Below, piece by piece: positions 51,784 to 64,000 of a stretch of DNA of 64,000 nucleotides. The notes below the pieces were generated by a model. The model was not told the origin of the DNA, did no database searches, and was given only the letters and a program-made list of their open reading frames with translations. Location: contig CAVYWI010000026.1 of NCBI GenBank assembly GCA_963772235.1, forward strand, positions 65,371 to 129,370. The letters are read 5' to 3'. This DNA comes from an uncultured Alphaproteobacteria bacterium (GTDB lineage: Bacteria > Pseudomonadota > Alphaproteobacteria > Rhizobiales > Xanthobacteraceae). Both the position numbers and the translations under genes were made by a program. How positions within the stretch are numbered: the stretch's first letter is position 1; each line of letters begins with the position of its first letter.

Positions 51784-51953
51784 AACGTCAATATAGCAGC
51801 TTATTTTGCTCCGGTGCGAAGATTTTGAAGTCATAACGTTAGCATTTTCAATCAGTTACAACAAAGTTTCCTATTGGTTAATGAGACGGGGCCCGCCCGC
51901 CCAATATGGCCATGCCTAGCCCGGTAGTCGCATCATGTTACCCGGCGAACGGT

Positions 51954-51978
51954 GGAACAGGCACCGCGCGGGCGCGTT
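51954..51978 (+). promoter_or_regulatory. EcfG/sigmaT-type general stress promoter
   Basis: GGAAC-N16-CGTT upstream of 52007. Confidence 0.7.
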
Positions 51979-52006
51979 CAGAAGCGGGAGACACGGGAGG
52001 AGTGTC

Positions 52007-52207
52007 ATGCGAGTCCTGATCGGGATCATTCTCGGCGGCGTTTTGACCGTCGGCGGCGCCTACGTTTACGATTCCCACAACGCGCTCGCCGCTGGCGACG
52101 CGCCGGAAAGCGCGCAAAGGCCTCTGGTCAACTGGGACGTGGTCGGCACCAAATGGAACCACATCACCGTGCGCGCCCGCGCCGAGTGGACCAGACTAGC
52201 GGGCTAG
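52007..52207 (+). CDS. Small membrane-anchored hypothetical protein
   Basis: MRVLIGIILGGVLTVGGAYVYDS…RPLVNWDVV; GGAGGAG RBS. Confidence 0.75.
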   Translation: MRVLIGIILGGVLTVGGAYVYDSHNALAAGDAPESAQRPLVNWDVVGTKWNHITVRARAEWTRLAG

Positions 52208-52215
52208 CGCTGGGT

Positions 52216-52452
52216 CTAGTGGCCTACCCGCTCGCGTTCGCCGACGCGTAACGCATCGCCGATTGCGCGGCGGTCCATGTGGGTGCCGTCGTCACCTTCG
52301 ATCAAGAGTGGAACACGTCCGCCCTGCTCGACGTGACGCGCCCATGACAGGGCGTCGTCGAGCGCGGCGAATTCCTTGAACAGCATCTGCTCCTTGGCGA
52401 TCGGAGTGATTTCACCGGAGCCCTTCGGACCGCTATAGACACGGTATTGCAT
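52216..52452 (-). CDS. Small hypothetical protein
   Basis: MQYRVYSGPKG…ALSWARH…LLIEGDDGT; GAGGG RBS. Confidence 0.7.
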   Translation of the reverse strand: MQYRVYSGPKGSGEITPIAKEQMLFKEFAALDDALSWARHVEQGGRVPLLIEGDDGTHMDRRAIGDALRVGERERVGH

Positions 52453-52584
52453 GGCCGACCCTCTTTCTTGGCTTGTTCGCCCGGATATATGGTCATGGGC
52501 GGCTAACGCTTAAACCCGGAATTCGGCTCCATTTCGGCGGTCCACCGGGTGATATTGTCGCGGGTCCAGCCGGGGAGACATTTC

Positions 52585-53560
52585 ATGCGCGCTGCCTACT
52601 ACGAGCAGAATGGTGCGGCACGCGAGGTGCTGCGCGTCGGCGAGGTTGAGACGCCGCGGGCTGGCCCCGGCGAGGTGCGGGTCAAGCTCGCCGCATCCGG
52701 CGTGAACCCCTCCGACGTCAAATCGCGCCAAGGCTCGACCCGCAAGATCGCCTGGCCGCGCCTGATCCCGCACAGCGATGGCGCTGGCGTGATCGACCAG
52801 GTCGGCGATGGCATCGCCAAATCGCGCCTGGGCGAAAGGGTCTGGGTTTGGAACGGGCAATGGAAGCGCGCCTTCGGCACCGCTGCCGAATTTATCGCCC
52901 TGCCCGCTGCGCAGGCGGTGAAGCTGCCGGACAAAGTCAGCTTCGAGGCCGGCGCGTGCCTCGGGATTCCCGCCGATGACCGCCATTCATGCCGTCGCGC
53001 TCGCCGGCGCCGACAAGGGCACGACCGTGCTGGTCGCCGGCGGCGCCGGCTCGGTCGGCCAATATGCGATCCAGTTCGCCAAGGCGGCCGGCGCCATGGT
53101 GCTCACCACCATCTCCTCGCCCGAAAAGGCCATGGCCGCGCGCGAGGCCGGCGCCGACCACACCATCGACTACAAGCGCGAGGACGTCGGCGAGCGGGTG
53201 ATGGAGATCACCGGCAAACGCGGGGTCGACGCGGTGATCGAGATGGATCTCGCCGCCAATGCCAAGCTCATACCCTTTGTGTTAGGGCCCAAAGGCAGCG
53301 TCATCGTCTACGGCACCGGCGCGGCGACGGCGAACCTGCCGGCCTATTTCTGCCTCACCCAATCCATCCGCGTGCAGTTTTTCCTGGTCTATGAGCTCGA
53401 CACCCGCGATCGCGAACACGCGGTCACCGCCATCGGCCGCGCGCTCGAGCAAGGCAAACTGATCAATCGAGTAGGCCCGACCTTCGCGCTCGCCGACGTC
53501 GCCGCCGCCCATGAGGCGGTCGAGCGCGGGACCATCGGCAACGTGATCGTGACGATGTGA
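52585..53560 (+). CDS. NADPH:quinone reductase (MDR family), frameshift near 52975
   Basis: ASGVNPSDVK, PHSDGAG, GGAGSVG, GADHTIDY. Confidence 0.92.
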
Positions 53561-54102
53561 TGCCGACGCCGGATGCGCACTACGAAATTGCGATCCGCGT
53601 GCGCACGATCATGCAGCTGTTCAATTCACTCGACCCCTCGCCGTTCCGCGAACGCGATCTCGACCCGCATACCGAGGAATTCGTCGTCGGCTGGGTGCGC
53701 GAACTGCCGCACAGCGCGCCGTTTAGCATCGTTGTGGAACTGCCGCCGGAAGAAGCGGCGAAACCGGAGGCGGCGGGGATCGGCGAGGCCTTCGCCAATT
53801 ATTTCCGCCTGCGCGCGACCGCATCCGAGCGCGATCTGCGCGAGTTGTTCCGTGTCGGCTGGCGCTCGCTGGCGATCGGCCTGGTCGTTCTTGTCGTCTG
53901 CCTGGTGGGCAGCCAGGTCGTCGCCAAGATGGCCGGCAATGCGGTGATGGCGCGGGTGCTGGAAGAGAGCCTGATCATCGTTGGCTGGGTCGCCAATTGG
54001 CGGCCGCTCGAAATCTATCTGTACGACTGGTGGCCGATCCGGCGGCGCATCCTGCTGTATCGCCGCATCGCCGCCGCGCCGGTGCAGGTGCGGTCGGTCT
54101 AG
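53557..54102 (+). CDS. Conserved hypothetical membrane protein
   Basis: QLFNSLDPSPFRERDLD…ESLIIVGWVANWRPLEIYLYDWWP. Confidence 0.8.
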   Translation: MMPTPDAHYEIAIRVRTIMQLFNSLDPSPFRERDLDPHTEEFVVGWVRELPHSAPFSIVVELPPEEAAKPEAAGIGEAFANYFRLRATASERDLRELFRVGWRSLAIGLVVLVVCLVGSQVVAKMAGNAVMARVLEESLIIVGWVANWRPLEIYLYDWWPIRRRILLYRRIAAAPVQVRSV

Positions 54103-54237
54103 GTGGTGGGCGAGAACGGCCTCGCCATCCTTGAAGCCTGCAGCATCACAGCCGCGATTGTGACGGCGGTATGAATTTATGTTGCAACGCGACATAAAAA
54201 ATGCTGCAATGCACCTACTGAAGTCGGAGGTGCCGCC

Positions 54238-54435
54238 ATGACCGTCAAGCGCTTCAGAAACCAGGCTAAGAGGTGCGCCGATTTGGCGAAGCAGACGCAC
54301 GATGAAGAAAGCCGCCAGCGATTTATGAAGTTGGAGCGGACGTATCTTCAACTTGCGGAAACGGAAGAGCAGCTTGCCGGTCAGTTGAGCGCTTTGACCG
54401 CAGCGAGCGAACCGAAGCGCCCCAATACACCGTAG
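54238..54435 (+). CDS. Small helical hypothetical protein
   Basis: MTVKRFRNQAKRCADLAKQTHDEESRQRFMKLERTYLQLAE; GGAGG RBS. Confidence 0.65.
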   Translation: MTVKRFRNQAKRCADLAKQTHDEESRQRFMKLERTYLQLAETEEQLAGQLSALTAASEPKRPNTP

Positions 54436-54463
54436 CCTATTCCGACGCGCTTACGCTTAGCGG

Positions 54464-55219
54464 TCAGCCCGCGGGCGGCGCCACTTCGGCGTCCTTGAAC
54501 CCGGCGGCATCGAGAGCGCGGCGCACCAGCCCGGATTTTTTCGCATCCTCGATGAGCCCGGTCGCCAGCTTGAGCGCGGCGGCACGCCCCTTCGGCACCG
54601 CCACCGCGATGCCGGTCTGCTGGAAGTTGCCCGGCAGCACGCGCGCGCCCGGCAGCTTGGGCAACAGGCCCGCAAACGAGTCGTGCGACAGCGCGAAGGC
54701 GTCGCCCTGCCCCTTTGCCGCCATCGCGGTCATCAGGTCGACGCTCGGCACTTCCTCGACCGAGGCATTGGGCGCCGTGCGCCGCGCGCTGCGCGCGGTC
54801 GTGGTGTTGGAGATGGCGACGATGCGCACGCCGGGTCGGTTGACCTCGTCGACGGTTTGAATCTTCGAGCCCGCCGGCACCAGATAGGTGCTGCCGATGA
54901 CATAGTAGGCCGGACCAAAATCGACCTTGCCCTCGCGCGTCGCGTCGCGCGGCATGAAAGCCAGATCGCAGACACCGCTCGCCACCGCGTCCGTCACCTG
55001 GCCGGAATTCTCATAGACCTGCAACTCGAGCGGGAGCTTCAGCGTGCCGGCGAAGGCGCGCACCAGATCGACGGTGACGCCGCGCATCTCGCCCTTGCCG
55101 TCCTTGATGGCGAAAAAGGCCGAGGCCGCCGGCGAAACCACCACGCCGCCGCGCAGTTTTCCGGTGGGCGCGAGTTGATTGAGATCGTCGGGATTTATCA
55201 TGCGCTCCGCATTTAGCAT
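54464..55219 (-). CDS. ABC transporter substrate-binding protein (family 3)
   Basis: LAPTGKLRGG, GVTVDL, DFGPAY, VPAGSKIQTVDEVNRPGVRI. Confidence 0.85.
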   Translation of the reverse strand: MLNAERMINPDDLNQLAPTGKLRGGVVVSPAASAFFAIKDGKGEMRGVTVDLVRAFAGTLKLPLELQVYENSGQVTDAVASGVCDLAFMPRDATREGKVDFGPAYYVIGSTYLVPAGSKIQTVDEVNRPGVRIVAISNTTTARSARRTAPNASVEEVPSVDLMTAMAAKGQGDAFALSHDSFAGLLPKLPGARVLPGNFQQTGIAVAVPKGRAAALKLATGLIEDAKKSGLVRRALDAAGFKDAEVAPPAG

Positions 55220-55250
55220 GCGGAAATCGGGCGTGCCAACGCGGCCGGCC

Positions 55251-55505
55251 TTACGCCAGGATGTTCAGCGACGGTTGATTGGACGGCGACGTGTCGCCGG
55301 TCGGCGTGACCGCGTTCGTAGAGCCGAGGTTTGCCAGCGAGCCGCCGAGGACGGTCGCCGGCTGGCCATCGAAACCGGAGCTTTTGTCGGACTTGCCGGA
55401 TTGCCCCGGCGGCGTGCCGGGCGGCGCGAAGGGGTCCCTGCCCGCACGGGCGGCGGCCGCCTCGCACGAGGTCGTGCAGACATAACCATTAACGTAGGCG
55501 ATCAT
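55251..55505 (-). CDS. Small hypothetical protein with CxxxC
   Basis: MIAYVNGYVCTTSCEAAAARAGRDP; GGGGAG RBS. Confidence 0.55.
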   Translation of the reverse strand: MIAYVNGYVCTTSCEAAAARAGRDPFAPPGTPPGQSGKSDKSSGFDGQPATVLGGSLANLGSTNAVTPTGDTSPSNQPSLNILA

Positions 55506-55698
55506 GGCGCAATGCTCCCCACGCCCGGAAAACTAGGGGGACCGAGTAAACCGTTTCTGAATCGACCGATCACAGGCGCGTGACGGCCGACCGGCGGCGG
55601 CAAAAGCCCGTGTCACCAGCGGGCTCGCGCTGCTGGGCCGATAACCAAGACTCTCTGCCGAATTCATCTCGTCTGCGTGTTTCTGTTCGACATCCGCC

Positions 55699-55723
55699 GG
55701 AACGATAACCGCGTTGTCACGTT
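55699..55723 (+). promoter_or_regulatory. EcfG/sigmaT-type promoter
   Basis: GGAAC-N16-CGTT upstream of 55758. Confidence 0.7.
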
Positions 55724-55757
55724 CTCAGACGTGGGAAACAAAACGAGGAGACCCCAG

Positions 55758-56009
55758 ATGAGGAACATTGCAATCGGATGCTTGGCGGCGGCGGCCATCG
55801 CCTTAGTGGCGGTGCCGGCCAGTGCGGAGGGCGTTTATGTCGGCGCCGGTCCGGTCGGCGTAGGTGTCGGTGTTGACCACCATGACGGCTGGCGTTCGCA
55901 TTACGCATACGACAAGGATGCGGTCGTTGTGCGGCGGCACCGCGATCACTGCCGGGTTACTATCATCCATCGCCACGGCGAAGTGCGTAAGATTCGCCGC
56001 TGCTGGTAA
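55758..56009 (+). CDS. Small secreted protein
   Basis: Signal peptide …VPASA, GVYVGAGPVGVGVG, CRVTII…KIRRC; GAGGAG RBS. Confidence 0.8.
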   Translation: MRNIAIGCLAAAAIALVAVPASAEGVYVGAGPVGVGVGVDHHDGWRSHYAYDKDAVVVRRHRDHCRVTIIHRHGEVRKIRRCW

Positions 56010-56042
56010 TCACGACGGCGTTTTGAGATTGTGAGTGCGAGC

Positions 56043-56072
56043 AAGCCCCGGTCCTCGAGGACCGGGGTTTTC
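56043..56072. terminator. Intrinsic terminator
   Basis: AAGCCCCGGTCCTCGAGGACCGGGGTTTT between convergent genes. Confidence 0.75.
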
Positions 56073-56096
56073 TTGTTGCACTGCTGAGCCCTTCCT

Positions 56097-56795
56097 TCAA
56101 AACTTTTCCATCCATGGCCGCAGCTCGAGTTCCTGCGTCCAGGCGCTGCGCGCTTGGCCCAGCACGTGCAGATAGCTCGCGGCGATCGCGTCGGGATCGA
56201 GCAGCGCATCGGGCTTGTCCGGGTCGGCCGGGCGGCGCGCGCTCTTGATGCCGCCATCGATGACGAAGTGCGCCACGTGAATGCCCTGCGGCGACAGTTC
56301 GCGCGCCAGGCTCTGCGCCAATCCGCGCAGCGCGAATTTGCCCATGGCGAAGGACGCCGACTGCGCATAGCCCTTCACGCTCGCCGAAGCGCCGGTGAAC
56401 AGGATCGCGCCCTGCTTGCGCGGCAACATGCGCTTGACCGCCGCCTGCGCCACCAGGAAGGCGCCGAAGGCGGTGATCTCGATCGCCTTGGCGACTTCGG
56501 CGGGATCGAGTTCGACCAGAGGCCCGCGCGTGCGGTAGCTGGCGTTGTACACGACGACGTCGGGCGTGAGCTTGGCCGCATCGAGATCGGCGAACAGTTT
56601 CTCAACCTCGTCGCGCTTGGCAGCATCGCAATTGAAGGCCTTGGCTCCGGTCGCCTTGACAAACTCGTCGAGCTTGGAGGCCGAGCGCGCGGCCAGCGCG
56701 ACCGACATGCCGGCTTTGCCGAAGGCGCGCGCGAGGGAGGCGGAGAGGCCGGAACCGGCGCCGACGATGAGAGCGGAGTGATAAGTATTTGCCAT
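56097..56795 (-). CDS. SDR family oxidoreductase
   Basis: VGAGSGLS, VVVYNA, TGASASVKG, FAMGKFALRGLAQSLAREL. Confidence 0.92.
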   Translation of the reverse strand: MANTYHSALIVGAGSGLSASLARAFGKAGMSVALAARSASKLDEFVKATGAKAFNCDAAKRDEVEKLFADLDAAKLTPDVVVYNASYRTRGPLVELDPAEVAKAIEITAFGAFLVAQAAVKRMLPRKQGAILFTGASASVKGYAQSASFAMGKFALRGLAQSLARELSPQGIHVAHFVIDGGIKSARRPADPDKPDALLDPDAIAASYLHVLGQARSAWTQELELRPWMEKF

Positions 56796-56836
56796 GCGTT
56801 GAGTCCCAATTCAGAGGTTTTGGAGTAATTCGGATT

Positions 56837-57346
56837 TCATTGGCGATAGCGGAATTGCTCCATTACTTGAATTGCTTGATTAATGGGATCCAACAAACCT
56901 TTATACATCCCAATTAGTAACGGAATATTCGTCGCCGGAATTTTGACGTGACGCTCGCTCGTATGCGTCGGGACTCCAATGAGAAAAAGCTTTGCATTGT
57001 AAGTTCTTAAAGTAAGATAAGCGTACATCACTTTTCGCACTTCACCTTCCGAGAGAAGTCCAATCCTGTGCGTGAATGCCCTATAGGCATCATCCATAGG
57101 ATCAGTTGGCACAAAAGCATCCTGCGACTTGTCAGAGCCGGCCGCATTCTCCGTGACGGATTCGCGAATAATCTTAAGTTCTTCTATTAATGCTGTACGC
57201 AGCGCTTCGCCCTCATGGTGTCGTTCGTCAATGCGCTGGTTGCGCGCTTGTCTCGCATTGAACCACAGGGTGGCAATTACTCCAGCAAATCCAATTACCC
57301 CTACAATTAGAGTTTGGAAGTGCTGAATTTCGCTCCACAACACCAT
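56837..57346 (-). CDS. Low-GC single-TM hypothetical protein (horizontally acquired)
   Basis: Intact 169-aa ORF, AGGAG RBS, AT-rich codons unlike its neighbours. Confidence 0.7.
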   Translation of the reverse strand: MVLWSEIQHFQTLIVGVIGFAGVIATLWFNARQARNQRIDERHHEGEALRTALIEELKIIRESVTENAAGSDKSQDAFVPTDPMDDAYRAFTHRIGLLSEGEVRKVMYAYLTLRTYNAKLFLIGVPTHTSERHVKIPATNIPLLIGMYKGLLDPINQAIQVMEQFRYRQ

Positions 57347-57380
57347 ATTTTACTCCTAACGGACGATCGGAAAAGCAACA

Positions 57381-58990
<1,610 letters not shown>

Positions 58991-59077
58991 CGTCCCCTCC
59001 CCGGATGCAAACTTTAAGGGTGCCTTGGCGGCATCCGGAACGCAATGGCGGGGGAACTGCGGCAGAACAAAGAATGT

Positions 59078-59102
59078 GGAACCGACGTGGCCTTGCGACG
59101 TT
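59078..59102 (+). promoter_or_regulatory. EcfG/sigmaT-type promoter
   Basis: GGAAC-N16-CGTT upstream of 59159. Confidence 0.7.
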
Positions 59103-59158
59103 CATTTTAAGCACGCCACAACGTCAAACACGTCGGGAGGTGCCCATAGGAGGATTCA

Positions 59159-59818
59159 ATGAGAAAAGCACGACTGTTATCGACCGCCGCAGCAACGCTG
59201 CTGCTGACCGTCGGCGCCGCGTCGGCGCAGACCTTGAAAAACGACGAAGCGCCCGGCCGCGTTCCAGCGGCGCAGCAAAACGCACCCGCCGAGAAGATCG
59301 CGCCGGCCAAGAAGACCGCCCCGGCGCTGAAGACCGAGCGCAAGACGCCGGAGACGACCGGACAGGCGCTCCCGAAAGAGCCGGAAGCCGGCCAGGTGAA
59401 AAAAGGCACCGATGTCAAAAAGGGCGATGAATCGAAAAAGGGCGCGGAGATGAACAAGAGCGCCGAGCCGCACGCCCAGAATTCGACCGATCTCAAGGCG
59501 AAGTCGAACGAATCTGCCGTGAAAGAGAACAAAGCAACCACTGGTCAGGGCGCGGCAGCCGGTTCGGCCAAGCTGTCGCCCGAGCAGCACACCAAGATCA
59601 CGTCGATCATCCGGCAGCACAAAGTGGCGCCGGCACATCTCAACGTGACGGTACGCGTGGGAACGCACGTTCCGGACAGCGTCCGCTTCTATCCGTTGCC
59701 GCGGGAAGTATTCGTGATCTATCCCGAATGGCGCGGCTATGACTACATTCTGGTCGGCGACGAGATCCTCGTCATCAATCCGCGCACACACGAGATCGTC
59801 GCGATCCTAGACGCATAA
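59159..59818 (+). CDS. Secreted DUF1236-type protein
   Basis: Signal peptide, low-complexity TTGQ linker, VGTHVPDSVRFYPLP…YDYILVGDEILVINPRTHEIV. Confidence 0.82.
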   Translation: MRKARLLSTAAATLLLTVGAASAQTLKNDEAPGRVPAAQQNAPAEKIAPAKKTAPALKTERKTPETTGQALPKEPEAGQVKKGTDVKKGDESKKGAEMNKSAEPHAQNSTDLKAKSNESAVKENKATTGQGAAAGSAKLSPEQHTKITSIIRQHKVAPAHLNVTVRVGTHVPDSVRFYPLPREVFVIYPEWRGYDYILVGDEILVINPRTHEIVAILDA

Positions 59819-59840
59819 TCGAAGTAAACGACCTATCGCG

Positions 59841-59869
59841 GAGCGGCCGGGATCTTTCCCGGCCGCTTT
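59841..59869 (+). terminator. Intrinsic terminator
   Basis: AGCGGCCGGGA-tctt-TCCCGGCCGCTTT. Confidence 0.7.
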
Positions 59870-59897
59870 ACCGCTCGCTATTTCTATTTCTTGCTCT

Positions 59898-59923
59898 GGA
59901 ACATTCGTAAGCATTCATTCGTT
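59898..59923 (+). promoter_or_regulatory. EcfG/sigmaT-type promoter of the CsbD gene
   Basis: GGAAC-N17-CGTT. Confidence 0.75.
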
Positions 59924-59965
59924 ATCGTTTTTGAGAGAGCCATCACGCAACGAGAGGACAAACAA

Positions 59966-60148
59966 ATGAACAAGGATCGCATCGAAGGCTCGGTCGAGCA
60001 GGCCAAAGGAAAGATCAAGGAAGTCGCCGGCAAAGCGACCGGCGACAGCAAGCTCGAGACCGAAGGCAAAGTGCAGCAGGCCACCGGCAAGATTCAGAAC
60101 GCCGTTGGCGGCTTCAAGGACGCGGTGAAGGAAGCCGTCAAAAACTGA
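59966..60148 (+). CDS. csbD: CsbD family stress protein
   Basis: MNKDRIEGSVEQAKGKIKEVAGKATGDSKLETEGK. Confidence 0.92.
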   Translation: MNKDRIEGSVEQAKGKIKEVAGKATGDSKLETEGKVQQATGKIQNAVGGFKDAVKEAVKN

Positions 60149-60177
60149 CTTCCGGCGACCGCCGCGGCCTGATCTTC

Positions 60178-60207
60178 AAAAACCCGGCGCGCGGCGCCGG
60201 GTTTTTC
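60178..60207 (+). terminator. Intrinsic terminator
   Basis: AAAAACCCGGCGC-gcg-GCGCCGGGTTTTT. Confidence 0.8.
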
Positions 60208-60259
60208 TTTGCGCCCGATTTCGTCCTAGACTGGCTTCGGCAAACCCGCAGGAGTCCCG

Positions 60260-60604
60260 ATGATCACCCGTTTCCCCGGCCTGACGCCGACGCGCAGTCG
60301 CGCCGTCGCGCATAACGGTCTTGTCTTCGCCGTCGCGGTGTCGCCGGACCCCGCCCCACCCGGCGTCTATGAGCAGACACAGCGGGCACTCAAGCGTATC
60401 GACGAAAGCCTGACGATGTCGGGTACGGGTAAAAGCCGCATCCTTTCGGCGATCGTCTACATCGCCGACATCACACGCAAGGAAGAGATGAACAGAGCCT
60501 GGGACGAATGGGTCGATCGCGCCAACCCGCCGATGCGCGCTTGCCTCGGCGTCGATCTGGAGCCGCCGCATCTGGTCGAGATCGTGGTCACCGCCGCGCA
60601 ATGA
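60260..60604 (+). CDS. RidA/YoaB-like protein
   Basis: RSRAVAHNG, QT..AL..ID, MNRAWDEWV…PPMRAC, LVEIVVTAA. Confidence 0.88.
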   Translation: MITRFPGLTPTRSRAVAHNGLVFAVAVSPDPAPPGVYEQTQRALKRIDESLTMSGTGKSRILSAIVYIADITRKEEMNRAWDEWVDRANPPMRACLGVDLEPPHLVEIVVTAAQ

Positions 60605-60691
60605 CAACCTGCGGCGGAGGTACCCGCTTGCGCTGCCGCGCCACGCTATCGCCCTATTGTGAAACTTTTTTCCAACGCCGCCCGAGTTCCC

Positions 60692-60716
60692 GGAACATGC
60701 GTCTTGCGCGCTCGTT
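60692..60716 (+). promoter_or_regulatory. EcfG/sigmaT-type promoter
   Basis: GGAAC-N16-CGTT upstream of 60765. Confidence 0.7.
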
Positions 60717-60764
60717 GTCGGAACATGCCGCACGCACGGCATGTCACCCCCAAGGAGGCGAACT

Positions 60765-61028
60765 ATGAAGACGTTGACAACTTTTGCCGCCGTTGCGGCA
60801 TTGATCGCCGGCATTTCCGTCGCCAGCGCGCAGACCTCGTCGATGGATAAGAGCGGCGCGATGGGCAGCAGCGCCACGCACGCGACCGGCAGCGGCAAGT
60901 TCTGCATCAGTGGCCCCGCCGGCGCATTGAACTGTCAATACGCCAGTCTCTCGGCATGTCAGAAGGCGGCCAAGGGAAGCGAAACCTGCTCGGCCAATCC
61001 GAACGGCGGAACCACCGGCGCGAAGTAA
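60765..61028 (+). CDS. Small secreted four-Cys protein (DUF3551-like)
   Basis: Signal peptide; FC…NCQYASLSACQKAA…C.ANP; AAGGAGG RBS. Confidence 0.75.
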   Translation: MKTLTTFAAVAALIAGISVASAQTSSMDKSGAMGSSATHATGSGKFCISGPAGALNCQYASLSACQKAAKGSETCSANPNGGTTGAK

Positions 61029-61148
61029 CGAACCGATTTCGCGCGCTGCCAACCGCGGATTGAAGCGAAACTCAAACCTCGTGCCGGCTTAGCGCCGGCG
61101 CGAGGTCGTTGCGTCCTCCCTTCATTTTAGATGAGGACGGTGCTCGGC

Positions 61149-62076
61149 TCACGCTCGCACCTCTTGCCGCTGGAACGCGACATAGCCGCCGACGAACAGC
61201 AGGATGCTCGCCGCCGCCAGGCCGACGATCTGCGGCCAGGCCACCATGAGGCTGTCCCACAGCGGCAGCGGCGCGCCCATCACCGCGCCCTCGAGCTGGC
61301 TCAAATAGACCGGCCCGAGCGTGCGGGTGGTCGGATCGAGCAGCGCCAGCACGCATTCGCCGTAGAGCGTCGACGGCGACAGCCGCGCCAGCATCTGCGC
61401 GGTGGTGACATACGTCGCCTGGTGTTCGGGCGACACGAAGGCTTCGGCGATCGCCGGCGCCAGCGCCGGCCAGATCACCGACAGAAACAGCCAGAGGCCG
61501 AGCGTCACCAGCGCCGCGGTGGCGGCCGAGCGGAAGATCACCGAGAACAGCATGGCCAATGCCAGCCACACGCCGGCATAGGCGATGGTCACAGCCAGGA
61601 AGATCAGCGCGCGCGCCATCTCCTCGCCGCCCGGCGGCACGCCCAGCATGACAATGCCGAGCCCGATCACCAGCAGCCACAGGCACACCAGGCTGATCGT
61701 GATGACGCCGAGCCCGGCGAGGAATTTCCCGAACAGCAGCGCGTCGCGGTAGATCGGCTGCGACAGGATGCGCGACAGCGTGCGCCGGTTGTGCTCGCCG
61801 TTGACCGCGTCGAAGCCGAGCCCGATCGCCATCAGCGGCACCAGAAAGCCGAGGAACGCCACGAACGAGGGCAGCGGCTCGCGCGCGGTGGTGAACAGCC
61901 GCAGGAACAGGAACGGATCTTCGGCGGTGACGGCGCGGATCTGCTGGATGGCGCCATAGACGGCCGCGAGCGCGACCAGCACCACCAGCCATTCCAACAC
62001 GCGCATGCGCGCGCTGACGAGGTGATCCGACAATTCCTTCAGCGTCACCACGCCGAGGCCCTGGAGGGCCGAGCCT

Positions 62077-62087
<11 letters not shown>
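61149..62087 (-). CDS. ABC-2 type transporter permease
   Basis: LGFDAVNGEHNRRTLSRILSQPIYRDALLFGKF; multi-TM. Confidence 0.9.
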
Positions 62088-63027
<940 letters not shown>

Positions 63028-63031
<4 letters not shown>

Positions 63032-64000
63032 CGCCGGCCAAACCGTGCGACGGCGCCCACCATGATCAGCAGCGCGGCGCCGATGATGCCGATGCCGGCG
63101 ACGCCCCAGACCGTCGAGGTGGTCACGGTGACGCGGAAGTTCGCGGTGCCGGTCTCGCCGCGCGTCGACGCGGTCAGCGTGGTGACGTAATCGCCGGCGA
63201 TCGCCTTGCCGGGCGGGCTGATCAGCGCCTGCACTTCCTTGTGCTCGTTGGGCGCGATGCGGTCGATGGTTTTCGGCTCGAACGCGATCTTCCAGCCGGT
63301 CGGCGCATTGGCCGACAATTGAATATTCTCGGCCGGCGCGGTGCCGGTATTGGTCACCTCAAGCGGCACCGAGCTCTCCTTGCCGGCGGTGGCACGGGCG
63401 CTGAGCAGACCTTCGCGGCCAGCGAGCGAAAGCTTGGGCTCGCCGGTGATGTCGAGCGCGACCTTGGCGGTTGCGCGCGCGTCGTCGGCGGCGATGTGCG
63501 CGGTCACCGGATAGTGCCCGGCATCGACGCTGTCGGGCGGCGTCACCTTCAGCTTTACGTCCTTGGTCTTGCCGGCGTCGACCGGGATCGCCGTGAGCTG
63601 CTGCGTGCCGTAGGCCTCGGTGAACGAGGTGTCGAAATTCTTGCGGCGCGTCGGCGGCGAGGCTGACCAGCAGCTTCTTGCCGCTGTCGTTCTTGATGGT
63701 CAGCGTATATTCGAAGCTCGAGCGTGAGGAGCCGCGCAGTTCGGGCAATTGCGGGGCCAGCGTCAGCTTGGCCGGCAATTCCTTGGCGAGCGTGACCGCC
63801 ACCGGCAGCGTCACATGCGACGCGCCGCCGTCGGCGGTGACCGTCAGCGTGTGCGTGCCGATCTTGGCGTCCTTCGGCACGTCGAGCCGCAGATCGAGCG
63901 ACACGCTGTCGTCGGTCGCCGGCATGGCCGCCGCGATCGGCTGGCCGCCGCCGAGCAGCGTCGCGGTCCAGCCCTGCGGCACGCCCGAAACCGACAGCGC
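63028..64000 (-). CDS. NEW3/NPCBM-associated Ig-like domain protein with C-terminal TM (5' end outside the window, frameshift near 63640)
   Basis: Repeated beta-sandwich units (P.GW, VTNTGTAPAENI, AIAGDY), C-terminal TM and RFGRR; first gene of the ABC operon. Confidence 0.8.

Overview
A GC-rich chromosomal segment from an alphaproteobacterium of the Hyphomicrobiales (gene order resembles Xanthobacteraceae/Bradyrhizobiaceae). The backbone is core genome: gatCA, ruvX, pyrBC-plsY-dprA, topA, rnr, rpmG, divK-pleD, dinB, eipB-ridA-GDPD-GNAT-HIT, azlCD, clpSA, two TadG-like genes, phasin, DD-carboxypeptidase, mipZ, panC and an acyl-CoA carboxylase. Many conserved genes, including the normally essential gatA, carry single-base frameshifts, so the sequence is probably an error-prone long-read or metagenomic consensus. 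I saw no rRNA, tRNA or CRISPR array. The main unexplained structures are: (1) two transposase-free cargo cassettes (21956-22828 and 26918-28453) that share imperfect terminal inverted repeats and GTCYGCT..AGCRGAC hairpins, sit at TAG stop codons between convergent genes, and carry genes for exported proteins (Rap1a-like immunity protein, TPR protein, PEP-CTERM-like fragment); (2) a garbled 380-bp IS1595 transposase fragment that splits dprA; (3) five GGAAC-N16/17-CGTT (EcfG-type) promoters ahead of small proteins at 52-61 kb; (4) a cluster of DnaA-box-like sites inside a GNAT gene; (5) a candidate antisense gene inside a DnaJ-domain gene; and (6) a radical SAM / AMP-ligase / GNAT / ACP cluster.
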